A stretch of DNA of 63,935 bases, filler included, from Folioceros fuciformis (Eukaryota): assembly GCA_049999805.1 (NCBI GenBank). It is 11 parts of 11 records of this genome, joined end to end, with 100 filler letters (N's around TTAATTAATTAA, not from the genome) between each part and the next. Parts side by side here need not be neighbours in the genome. Positions count along the whole stretch, not along the records: positions 46,725 to 54,552 come from JBNGIO010001668.1; positions 54,653 to 57,254 come from JBNGIO010001669.1; positions 57,355 to 60,118 come from JBNGIO010001671.1; positions 60,219 to 63,935 come from JBNGIO010001672.1; 7 more parts are not named here. The stretch is one strand, 5' to 3'. The notes beneath the pieces are model-generated. The model had not been told where the DNA came from, did no database searches, and saw nothing but the letters and a program-made list of their open reading frames with translations. The stretch's first letter is position 1; every line of letters starts with the position of its first letter. Made by a program: the position numbers and the translations under genes. Of the stretch, positions 48,339 to 60,439 are shown in pieces.

Positions 48339-50830
48339 ATGTATAAATGGGCTGTGAAACCGAGGAAGAGGAGTTTGGTGGTGCCCAGACTCAACCTTGC
48401 GTCTGTGCGTCCTCAAGTGTTGGAAACAGATTCGCAGTCTGGTGGGGGTGAGGAGACATCATGCTCCACTGAAGTGTTAACTCCCCCGGACTCGGAAATA
48501 GACGTAGCATCCAAGTCCACAGCTCGAGGGGAGGATTTTCATGTGAATCACGAGAACCTGAGGGAAGAATCCGGGAAGCATCGGGCGTTGGAATCGTTGC
48601 CTGCGTCTCCGCTACAGGGCCAGCAGCAGCAGCAGGAGGAGCGAGTGGCAGTGAAGGAGGAGGAGTTCCACTATCCTCATGTGTTCCGAAAGGAGTTTTA
48701 TGAGCATGCAGAGCAGGCTGCTTCCAAACCAACTGCTCATGTGAGTGCGAGTGTGCCCAAAGCTGAGCCTGAGTTCAATTATCCGCACATCTTCCGCAAG
48801 GAGTTCTACGAACATGCGGAGCAGGCTACTCAAGGACCTGGATCCACTGCTGCAACTGCACGGAAAGAGCAGCGGCAGCAGGAGTTTGCTGAGGAAGAGT
48901 CTAGACGGAGAAATGAGGATTTCGCCATTGTGACAGAGGAGCATCCGGATGATGGGGAGCAGCGTAGGCGTTTTGAGGAGGGTTGTCGGACTACTAAAAA
49001 ATGCCAAGTTCACGGTAAGGATGCTCGCCACCAGAGCCCTTGTTTGCAGGAGTGGTCCACGAGATCTTCTGCAGCATGCCATGTGCATAAGTCCAGCCCA
49101 TCACCCACTCGGTCCAGGGCACAGGATCTGGTCCAGGGGTTGTTTGATGGACGGAAGCTGCGAATTCCGCAGGTGGGTGTGGGAGTTCATTCCAGGCCCC
49201 CATCACCACTTCTCGCTCCTGCTCGCGCTGGTGGGAGATTGTCACCGAGTGCCGGTGCTGATGCCGTTGGGCAACCTGCTCAAGCGAAGCAATCAGCCCC
49301 ACCTTCTCCAAAAATAACTACTCTGACTCCATCACCCCGCCATCCCAGCACGCAGCCTCAGAGACACAGGAGCTACTTCAATCCATCGAGCAAAGACGTG
49401 GAGAACGAGTCCCGCCCCGGAGGAGGAGAGGGCGCGGACAGGGCCAGACAGGAGGAGGAGACAGAGGGTGCCACACTCTCTCCAGCCACACACAGGTGTG
49501 CGTATCCCCGTTTCTCCTGCATCCCATTTCAAGCTGGTTAAGAAGCTTGCAGACCTCCAGGCCCAGAGAGACCTCACAGGGTAAATAACAAGCTCTTGCT
49601 GTTGCTCCAACTCGCAAGCATTGCAGCCCATCTGAACACGGAAGCGCTGGTACAGCTATCGGACAGGTGCAGCACGAATGCATCTGCAGCAGGGGGAGCA
49701 GCACCCCGTCTCCATCGCCATCCAAGAGGAGCAGCAGCGAGAGCACCAGCCATGGCAAGCCGTACGACCCCTACGCCCACATGTGGGAGAAGCAGGTGAG
49801 CATGCGTCTCCCTCCTTTCCTGGTCTATGTCCATGCAACCCTTCCCTGAAGCCCGGATCGACCAATGCGCTTCCCACATTCAGGTCCCGCAGGTGGCACC
49901 TTGGATTCCCGAACCCCCGGTGTTCGAGAAACATCTGCCCTGCAGCATCGTGGGCAGGTGCTGCAAGCAGTCCTACATGAAGTACTCCATGGAGGGGAGA
50001 ACGCAGGACGCTCCGCAGGCGGCACCTGCAGAGGGAGCAGCGCACTGCCCGGCCCAGCACGGGCTGGAAGCACTCCCACACCCACTGGCAGCCGCAGAAT
50101 CCATGTTGGTGCTGCCCCCGGCAACCCCGTTGTGGCCCACGGTGGCCAGAACCAAGGGCTCGCAGTTCAGGACGACGCTGGAAGAGGTGAGGCAGAACAG
50201 GCACTACGTGAGAAGCGGGAGGTACGACGTCCTGCCGGTCCCCAGCTTCTTGGGGTCGGTCCCTGCCATCGCCCCCGGGCCACCCCTGCAAGTGCAAGGG
50301 CAAGGCGTGGGCCAGGGGGAGGGACAGAAGCCGCTCCCTCAGAAGCCATGCCGTGATACAATTGCCGCTGAGTACCTGGAAAGGATGGCCACCACCGAGT
50401 GCGAGGAGTTCAACTCCACAGCCGCGCTGCGGAAGCTGGCCAAGGAGAAGGGCGTCACAGTCGACAAGCTAGCGCAGTCCAGAAGCTGCAGGAAGACTGC
50501 CAGGCCTGCCCGGTGTCCCGGATTTCGCCCTCGCCCCCGCCCCCGCTTCCAGCAGCTATGCCCGATTCAGGATCCCTGTTGCTTCGCTCTCGCTCCGAGG
50601 TGCGTCTGTCTCCATCCTTCGTACAACCAAGACAGGCACGCTCTTCTTGCGTCACGGGAAAGTGCTGAGTTTCGTCCCGTTCCGTCCCGTGTGATGACAG
50701 GAAGGTTGGGAAACAGGTCGACGAAAGCTGGCTGGCTTTGAAGCGCAGGCGGCCCGCCCTGTCCGATCTGTGGGTGATGAGGGATCGGTGTCCCCAGGTA
50801 TCTGCACTATCCGGTTTCAGTGATATATTA
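48339..50830 (+). CDS. Unassigned multi-exon low-complexity protein with a duplicated motif; 3' end uncertain
   Basis: 400-aa and 304-aa ORFs on the same strand with plausible splice sites (WEKQ|gtgag near 49796; attcag| near 49883); F[HN]YPH[VI]FRKEFYEHAEQA occurs twice. Confidence 0.6.
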
Positions 50831-51326
50831 ATTTTGGTGACACATCCAGGCGGAACTCACTTGCTTCTTTTGTTAAAACGCTCACGCACAGGTCTGCGCT
50901 ACCGCACCAATATATTCCCGGACCCCGCCTGCATCTCCGATCCCATGGGGAGCAGCCAGGGAGGAGGCCTTGGTGTGGGAACAGCGCACTGCGTCCTGCA
51001 GGGCTGCCTTCTGCACGATGGCGGTGTATGATAGCTACAGGGTTTAAGGCGGGAGAGTGAGAAAACGGAAAAGGGTACGATATATAGCTGGAACATCTCA
51101 ACCAGGATCGCAACTCAAAACGATCCATTCGTCCACATGTTCCTGACACGGCTGCAAATAAACGGGGATCATAGTCTGGAATTCCAACATCCAAGACAAA
51201 CAGTTCTATCTACTTCATCGTCAGAGTAAAGATACCACCACCCAGTGGCAATAGCCGTGCAGCATCATCACCTGGAAGGTACAGGTTCAGCGTTCACAGG
51301 CCAACTTCTCACAAACATCAACCCCT

Positions 51327-53023
51327 CTAGTTATCAAAATTCTCGTCATCCTCATCAGGCAGAGGCTGGTTGGCGGCTTGGGCGAGCTCGGCTTCGTGCC
51401 TGCAACAACACAGCAACATGGCGAGGTGAGGAAGAAAACATGGTTACCAACATTCCAATGAAAAGGCAGTGTAGACGTCAAACTAGGACTTACTGTGCTT
51501 GTTGGGCCATGTCGATGGTGACCTCCGGAGGAGCCAAAGCGGGGGATTCCACGAAGTGCAAGTTAGGATCCCTGAATTTAAATCCAAGTCGTCAACATCA
51601 ATCACATGAACGAAATAACCCGCGACAGAAAAGAACACAAAACTTACCCAGCAAGCTTCCTCGCCAGATACAGGAAAGGCTTCTCGAAGTTGTAGTTACT
51701 CTTGGCCGAGATCTCGTAATACTGAAGATTCTTCTTCCTGTGGAAAGTAACCTGCTTGGCCTTCACTTGCCTGTTTTTCACATCGACCTTGTTGCCACAA
51801 AGCACAACAGGAATGTTTTCACAAACCCTGGGGAGCACACCGCTCGTTAGGAACTGGGACCCGATCACAACCGTGTCTACACGAAATCAAACCTTCACAA
51901 AGTCGACATGAGGAACTCACCGACACAGGTCACGGTGCCACGTCGGAACGTTCTTGTATGTCAAACGGGCTGTTACATCGAACATGATGATAGCACATTG
52001 CCCATGGATGCTGTATCATGACACTCCAGCATTAGTACACGCACTACACTTGAGAACAACCTTTGCACGACACCGACGAGATGGAAACGGTACGCACTCT
52101 CAGCTAGCTGTAGAATCATGAGGGACTAACGAGCACTTACTAGTAGCCATCACGAAGGCCTCCGAATTTCTCCTGCCCTGCAGTGTCCCAGCAGTAGAAA
52201 CGGATGCGGCCACAGTTGGTGTAGAAATCCAGTGGGTGCACCTCTACACCGATGGTGGCTGCGCCAAGAAAAACGTCACAACAACGTTACGTTTCAGAGA
52301 GCTACGATATAGAGTACAGATCCCACCACCACAGCACCCCAACAAGACACAGGTACTTACGCTCGTATTTCTTCTCGAACTCCCCGGTAAGATGACGCTT
52401 AACAAACGTCGTTTTACCTGCGCAAATAAGAAGCATCCGTTAGGATCCATGGCGGCCCAAATATCCTCCCTCCCCAATGCAAGCTACCGGGTACGCCAGG
52501 ATAAACCTACCCGTTCCTCCATCTCCAACGAGGACAAGCTTGAAGTTGGGACAGTTGTCAGGTGTGGTCTGGCCTGGCAAAGCCTGGAAACAATCCCGAC
52601 AAGCACAACCAGTCAGGAGCACAAACCCTAAAACAGCCTCCACAGCGTGCCAACTCTAGCATCAAGGGCCAAGCATCCAGTGAGGGACAAGCAATCGAAT
52701 GCAAGCTCCAAACCCTCTCGAAAAGGCGGCTCGTAGAAGCACAGGAAACCAAAAGCCAAAGCACTGCAATCCGACAACAACAACCTGCCAAGAGATTGAA
52801 AAGCCCTATTCTGTCCCTTCTCGAAGACTGTCCCAGAAACGGAGAGGCGCTGGACCACCAAAGACGAGCACAAGCTAGACCAAGCAAAGCAACAACCCCA
52901 ACCCAACCCCTTCCATTGCCACCCTGCAACCCGACAGACCTACAGAAAGGCGCAAACAAAGCAGATCCCACGGCCGCACCGATCGGAGCATGCAACACAC
53001 CATTAGAGCGCAGGAATTACCAT
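51327..53023 (-). CDS. RAN: GTP-binding nuclear protein Ran; the first coding exon contributes only the ATG
   Basis: ATG|gtaatt at 53023-53021, then ALPGQ...[74 protein letters not shown] and acidic tail [11 protein letters not shown]. Confidence 0.97.
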
Positions 53024-54652
53024 GGCTTTGCGGCCAAGCAGATGTCGGAAGCTCAGAAACAGAAGCAACCAGGCGCGACCCTTCCAACCCCAGAGCCAAA
53101 GTGCTCCGCCGCACGCAGCTGAACGCTAGAACAGACCTCTGGCCGCACAAATCTCTAAGGGCAAGACGGGCGGCAGTGGGAGGTCATCACGACATGCAAG
53201 AGGGCATCGCTTATAAATTCGTCTCTTAAAACCCCAGGGCCCGGACCATAGCCGCTTCTGCACCACGGGGACAGAAAACCAATTTCTCTTCCCGGTTCTT
53301 TTTCGAAACTTCCAGAAGTGCTTTCACACGAGGGCTTAGTTTCATCCCGTTGCCACTTCACCACCTCCGCTTCCGGGCAGGAAGTCGAGCAGGCAGGGGG
53401 CTTAAAGTTTTAGGGCTTACCGGCAGGACAAGGGAGGCAGGATTATCTTATTTTATTGTGCTTGTTATATAGAAGAATTATCGTATACACAGCTGTCTCG
53501 TGCTCTGTGGGTGTGCTCATGCATGCTTCCAAGAAATGGGCAAGCACCAAGTGTTCGTATGCTAGCTACCTACTCCTAAGTGGCATTGGCGATAAGCTCA
53601 AGATGCAGACCATACCAAGAGGAGGATTAGGTGCTTACAATAGTACAGAACACACCAAATGGCCTGATAAAAAGTGCAGGCCGTGGGGACAGTATGTGCA
53701 GGTGCTGTGAAATGGCCGGCCAAAGCCTGCTTTGCTTGTGTATAACCAGCAATGAGTGTGCACTGGCCCACATGCCAAGAGGTGAAGAGGAGGCCATGGC
53801 CAGAAAGCCAGCAATTGTTGATCCAGTTTTCTCTCAAAGCTGAAACGTCTTGGCATGAGCTGGCAGCTCCTGTGAAACCTCTCCGGCTACGGAGAAGCTC
53901 AGAAAGCTCCATGATTCAAGACCGCACCATGTCTAGCACATCTCCAGGAGCCGAACTTCAACAAACCCTCCATGCAGACCACAAGTTGTACCCAAGGCAA
54001 GCTGGAGGCACGATCTCATCCACTCCTGCTGAGACCTACTCGGTTTGAATATGACCTCAATCTAGTCCTGTCTTTGTTTCAGCTCTACCCTTCAAATCTT
54101 CCAACTCCTCGGCAGCAGTGCATCCTCGTTCATCTGCGTTCCTTCAATCACCAGAAGAGACAGAACCACTTTCTTTCGGAAAGTGTGTTGCCACTTTCCG
54201 TCCACAAAATTGTGCCAGTTGCACTAGAGCTCGCAACGTGCCTAGCCGAATCCCATCCACCACACTGGCATGTTGCGCAATATATATACATACGACTGGC
54301 TGGTTGCAGGAAGCTCTCCTCTACTAAGACCTAGGACGCAACTTGCGGGCCCTGAATGCGCAACGCCATCAACCTTTCAGGCCGCACCAGACCCAATCTG
54401 ATAGATGTCCAAGACAGAAACACCCGGCTCATCACGGCACCCAGACAGTGTACCTTTGCACGCGGGGAGGCGGCTCCTGAGGAGATCGAGGCGGCGGCGG
54501 CGGTGGCGGTGGGTTCTTCTGCCATTTGGGCCATTTCAGCACAGACCTGCGCNNNNNNNNNNNNNNNNNNNNNNNNNNNNNNNNNNNNNNNNNNNNTTAA
54601 TTAATTAANNNNNNNNNNNNNNNNNNNNNNNNNNNNNNNNNNNNNNNNNNNN

Positions 54653-57219
54653 GTCTTGGGGATGACTGTTTGGTTGGCGAGAGCCTTACAGGCCTAGGGC
54701 TCCGGGCAGGGACAGAGGGAGGGGCATCATCGAACCGAGGTGGGCTCGGTAGAGGAGGGGATAGAGGCCTGCTGTACCGACCAGGGTGACCAGGAGGAGG
54801 AGGTAGACCAACTGCGAAAAAGGTGGGTTTTTTTAAATCATCAGGTTGCCCCTGCTTATCTCCGGATTGTGATCTATGCCTCTCGGGCTGTGGTTTTCTG
54901 CCCCTGGAAGAGGAGTCCCATACTGCTGGACCTGCATCATCCTTGTCTTGATAACTGGGTGAGGGGCGACCAAGAGGTCCCTTTGTCGATATCCAGGAAT
55001 GATCTTGCACTTCCCTAACACTAATGTCAAACATATCGACAGTGCTCATCCCACCCTCAGAAGACGAAGAATTTGACTTTCCTAAAGTCTTTCCAGTAGT
55101 GTTTCGGAGCTGAGTGTCATCTGCGTCATTGAAGGAATCATACCGGGCTATCCCTGAAGATGATGGCTTCCCCCGCGACGACCCTTCAAGAGGAGGTTCT
55201 GAATGTGTATTAAATAGGTCCTCCTCCTCTTGCTCTTCTAGAGGGCTTCTCTCTTCTCGCACTGTCCTTCTTGAATTCCATCCACCTCTTTCATCATTGT
55301 CCTCCTTGAACGACGGTTGCTCTGTTTTGAAATTCTGTGCACCTAACACGCTGGGTTTTTGAACATACACCTCTGGTTCGTCTTCTTCCCGTGTCCCTCT
55401 AGGTAATCCTTTCCGCTGTGCATGGGTCTGACCACTTCGTCTCACTGAGCCAGAAACCTGAGCTGAACGTCCTCGAATCTCCTCCTCTTCATCTGGTGGA
55501 GACTGTCTCGGTGCCCGTCTTTCTTGCCTCCCATAATCCACACCGTGCCTTCCTGAGTCAGGAGTCCGTCCATGCCCTCGCACATCTTCGTCAAGAGGAT
55601 TCTCAGAACGCTCCTTCCTAGGTTCTCTCCGAGTTGACACTGGTTGTTCCCTCTCCTGATTATGACGGCTTAGAGCTGCAAATCTGGCATTCAAATCAGC
55701 ATCTACATCATCCTCTGCCTCCTCATCTGAATTATCATGCCGTGGAGGTTCTCTGCTAGGCCGTTCTTCCCTGAAAGTCTTTTTCCTTTCCTCTGATCCC
55801 ATCTTCACCGCTTTTGCCTTTCCATGTTGAGAGCCACTAGCATATCGAGGATCCTCTTCCTCCTCAAAGTTTTGAGGATACTTACGCTGTGAGCTGGGAG
55901 CTGGAACGCTGGGCGAATAGTCGTCAAAGGAACGGGTTTCAGTACGTATAAAGTCACTAAATGCCGGCTTTCTCCCTGCCTCCTGTCTGTATTCAGGCTT
56001 CCCTAAGGCAGCAGCTGCCCAAGCTGCAGCAGAGGCTCTACTGGCAGCATCTTCCACTGCACGTGCAGCAGCTTCAAGATTGCTGTATGCCTCCTGCTGA
56101 TCCTCTTTCCATGACCTGGAATGAGCAGGTTGGCTTTTCTTCTTCCGGATGGGCAAAGGATCTGGAGGCTTCACATATTCATCACCGTCACCATCATCAT
56201 CTTCGGATGATTCTTCTGACTCAACAATCTGTTTCTTGGGGGGACTCCCCTGTTTACTTCTTGATGGTCCTTTGTCTTCGGGCACGGTTGAGAAAGCAGC
56301 GGCTCCTGAGCTCTGTCCGGGAGATACACCATCGGATTGCCCTTGTTTATCCTGTTTATCAGTCATCTGTCGAACAAAACTGTTCTCGGGAAGCCTACTT
56401 GGAACCGATGGCAACTCATCCTTCTGCGGAGCCAATGGGATCTGGCTGGCACCCGTGAAACGTCTTGGACCATCCTGTTAGAAACACGCATCCAAGATGA
56501 ACATGGGATCACAAGATGGAATGAAAAAAGTAAAATTCGACGAACAGGAAGTGGCTGCACGGTCTACTCACAAGTAGATCCTCTGGGGGCTTCAGCAATT
56601 CCGCCTCAGAGTCTGCAGGATCCCATTCAACATCGTGCTCGTCCGCTATCTCCTTCATGAGCTTCAACTTAAGCTCACCAGGCGGGGCTCGCACGGATAG
56701 CTTTTCAATAATCTGCAAACAAAAATGAACGCCGCATGAAACATGCACAACTACGAGAACATGGGCACCATCACTGAGCCGAAGCTTGAATACTGCTGGA
56801 GTCACTCATAACCGGGAAAGTGGCTAACCCGTCTGTTCACCCCACAATCTGGACGCAGTTCTGCAGCTGATGCCACAAACTCTTTGCCGTATTTCGCAGC
56901 AAAGAGACCTCGAACCTGCAAAAGCTCCGGCAAATCTGCACACCTCGGTGAAGCAAATATTAAGCTTGCGATGGCTTCCTTCAGGTCGATAGGACAAGTC
57001 CTGTAGAGGAACCAAAAGCAGAAGAAAACAAAACCACACGTAAGCCATTCTCTGGCCAGTCGAGAACCGATGTCCCCAAGACCAGCTCTGCCACAGCAGG
57101 AAATTGCAGACGCACTTTTGACCCTCTATGATGGGCAGCCTCACAGCCACAAGCTCACAGAACAGCTCAATAATATCATAAGCAGCCATAATGTTCTGTT
57201 CTCTGATGATATTCTCCAC
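54653..57219 (-). CDS. IST1-like (regulator of Vps4) protein with a long disordered C-terminus; both ends cut by gaps
   Basis: VENIIREQNIMAAYDIIELFCEL; CPIDLKEAIASLIFASPRCADLPELLQVR..FAAKYGKEF; IIEKLSVRAP...LMKEIADEHDVEWD; AAAAWAAAAL motif. Confidence 0.92.
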
Positions 57220-58761
57220 CTGCCACACACCACGAAATCAAAAACGACAATCAGNNNNNNNNNNNNNNNNNNNNNNNNNNNNNNNNNNNNNNNNNNNNTT
57301 AATTAATTAANNNNNNNNNNNNNNNNNNNNNNNNNNNNNNNNNNNNNNNNNNNNGTTCTGATATGTATTGATATGTATATAGTATACGTGTCTCCGTATT
57401 TTTTTATTTTTCTAATTTCCTTTTCTATTTTTACCCTTATTTTTCTGGATTTAATTCCAGAAATTCCAACTCAACTCTATTTCACCTTATTTCTTCTCGT
57501 CACGATCCGGGGCCTCTCCTAGCACCTCGAGGTCAGCTTTCCATGGTCAAGGACCCATTTTGGCTGGAAACCGATTCTGCTGAATAAGTTGCCAATTTCA
57601 GGCTCGGTTCTGGCTGCTGATCCCACTTCTTCCCACCTCTTCCCTATTATCTCCCACTGCTTATACTTCTCCCATGCAAGCAGGCTCAACCACCAAGCGG
57701 GAATAGTTGCAGGGGAAGGCGTTGCGGGCGGCCATCTAACAAGGAAGAGGTGGCATCCACAACATCTTTGAAGATCATGCATCCTTCAAAGTCTTAGGAT
57801 AGTTTAAGAGGTGGTGGATACTTGTGGTGGTAGGGTCAACAGGTCCTAAAGCCAACTCATTGACGGTAGGATGTGCTAGGAAAATCTAGATAAGTGGCTG
57901 GTGACAGCCACCTAGGCTAGTGGTCCTATTAAAATGATATTTGTCAAGATAGAGAGGTGAAGTCAGAGAGAGAGAGGCTCCTATAAGATTAGGTGAGCCT
58001 ATAGGAGGCAAGTTGTCACTTTGCGAGCTCTCTCAGGCTGTCCCTGCTTAAATACAACAGTATGTGTGCCAGCTGTGCATGTATGCAGCGTCTGGTAAAG
58101 CTTTGAAAAATGGTGGCCAGGGTTAAGGACAGGGTCCCTTTAAATTCTTGATCGTGCTCTCCGTGTCCAATCCCCATGATTTGTCATTTCGTTTCCTCGT
58201 AGGGTTGGAGTGAGTGTCGACCATGCTTGCATGGTGTATGGTAGGATCGTGGGTGGTGGCATGCTTTCTTCGGGGTTAGTCTAGTGACTCTTGCCGGGTA
58301 GAGGGAGTCCATAGGGAAGTGTAGAAGGTAGTGGTGTCGTTGCTGGTTGTTGCTGGTGCTAGTGCTGGAGTGAGTGAGTGAGTGAAGTGAAGAGAGGGAA
58401 GCCGCAGATTTGAGAAATTAGGGTCGTCGTTGTAGTGATTGGAGTGAGTTTGTGGGCACCGAGAGAGGTGCAGTTGACTGCTGGACAGTGAGGACTATCC
58501 CACGCCTGATCGGAGCTAGAGGGGAGCCCTCCAATCCGTCATCAAGTCAGTTGAGTCTGACCCTACATCCAAAGTAGCTAGGAACCCCATGGCTCCTCCG
58601 TGGGAACGAAACCCAATGTCTTAATGACAGTGGGATAAGTGTGGCCGCTAAAGGTTGAACCCGTTGGCAAACAGTGCCCGGGGTTTTGCCACCACATGCT
58701 TACAGCACGAGCGAGTGTGAATATCGGATGGGTGGTTTGAAGGAAAAGGAGGTGTGCAAGG

Positions 58762-60118
58762 TGTGGGGGAAAATATTGCACCTAGGGGTGTTGCGAGGCC
58801 CACACAAACCCCCTATGTCGTCATAGCACTGGGATTCAATCCCAAGAGAATGATTTGTGCCAAGTAACACAAGTTTCTTCTAAAAGTCAGTAACTACCTA
58901 GGTCAGACTTTAACAACCCCAACTCCACTACCTACTGGTTCAACTACCCCTACCCCTCAGCTGGCCTAGCTACCCCAGTCCCTACTCTATAGCTCCAAGC
59001 CCCACTCGGCTACCTTGACCCTGGGCTACTCTATATACTCACTCAGCTACCGAGGGGGGGTCTCTACAACTACCGACCCTTCAACTACCGATAGCTGCTT
59101 CGGCTACCTTCGTCGTCTTTCAACTACCGATAGCCGCTTCGGCTACCTCATCGTCTTTCAACTACCGATAGCCACTTCGACTACCTCCGTCGTCTTTCAA
59201 CTACCGGTAGCCGCTTCGGCTACCTCCATCGTCTTTCAACTACCGGTAGCCACTTTGGCTACCTCCGTCGTCCTTCGAGTATCGTGGTAGGTCCCACCCC
59301 AAACCCTAACCAATTATTTTTGGCGCAAGCGCCGCCACAGGTTTATGCCCATGACCTCCCAAACTCACAAAGCTAGCTTATTCCATGCTCCTCACACATG
59401 TAAGGGCTGATCCTTGGGGAACAAAGCCTTGTGGATCAGCCACACCTCCCCACACACTCATGCACACTCCACTCACACACAAAACACACATAAGAGATAT
59501 GGACCATAGTTATTCTCACAGGCCTGGCCCCAAGGGTCTCAATCTCCAACAATGTCCACCAATCTTCAGCAATCTCCCACAATCCCTTATGAGCTTCAAC
59601 AAGCTCCCACAGCCACTCACAGACACCTCAAACTCTTGCAGAAACTCTCCAGATTTTGCATCCACTCTTTAGCATTCTTCCTTCATTCTCTAGCAATCTT
59701 CTCAGCTGTTTTCTCTCCAGTTCTTCAGCAACGTTCCAAGTCTTCCAACAACTTTAGCAACCTCTCACAGTCATCCACAAACGTCTGAGGATTCCTAAGA
59801 AATTCCCCAGCAATCTCGTCCAAACCTCAACAAACGTTCACCCAGCAATTTCTCAACGATTTCTTAGCAAATCTCCTCTAGCAATCTTCCACGGTTCTCT
59901 TCAGCCTTCCAGCTCTCTCTCCTCACCAAATTCAGCACGTAGCTGATGGTTCAGGGAATAAGGGAAGGAGGAAATCTCCCTCCACTCCAGCAGCGATGGA
60001 TTCGTCCCCCTCTCCTCAGCTACGGACAAAAATCAGTCCTTACTCTCTTCTTCTCAACTCACTCTAGCTCCTCATCCTCCTTCTCCTCCTCCTCTCACTC
60101 ACTCTAGCTCCTCAGCCT
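58762..60118 (+). mobile_element. Long repeat, probably an LTR, containing the 39-bp hairpin array (~59080-59272); copy of 24518-25861
   Basis: Starts TGTGGGGGAAAATATTGCACC, with a purine run aaggaaaaggagg a few bases upstream; co-linear with the reverse complement of 24518-25861. Confidence 0.75.
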
Positions 60119-60439
60119 NNNNNNNNNNNNNNNNNNNNNNNNNNNNNNNNNNNNNNNNNNNNTTAATTAATTAANNNNNNNNNNNNNNNNNNNNNNNNNN
60201 NNNNNNNNNNNNNNNNNNTAAGGCTAGATTAAATAGGATGATCAGGAGATAGTGGTGGTGCAGTTGAGAAAGACAACAATCGTCTAGCTAACCCGTGGCC
60301 GTGGAAAAATGTGAAGTAGGGGGTAAGGTGTGCCCGTGGATAGGGACGCCAGCGTGTGTGAAACCCTAAGTCGGGCGTGTGAGGGTGAGCTGGGGCCTCG
60401 GGAGCGTGCGGAAGGTGGTTGGGCATAGGCACATGGAGG

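Noticed and set aside
53598..54534. Possible minus-strand gene starting MAQMAEEPTATAAAASISSG
   Set aside because: The first exon is plausible, but I could not build downstream exons or recognise a domain
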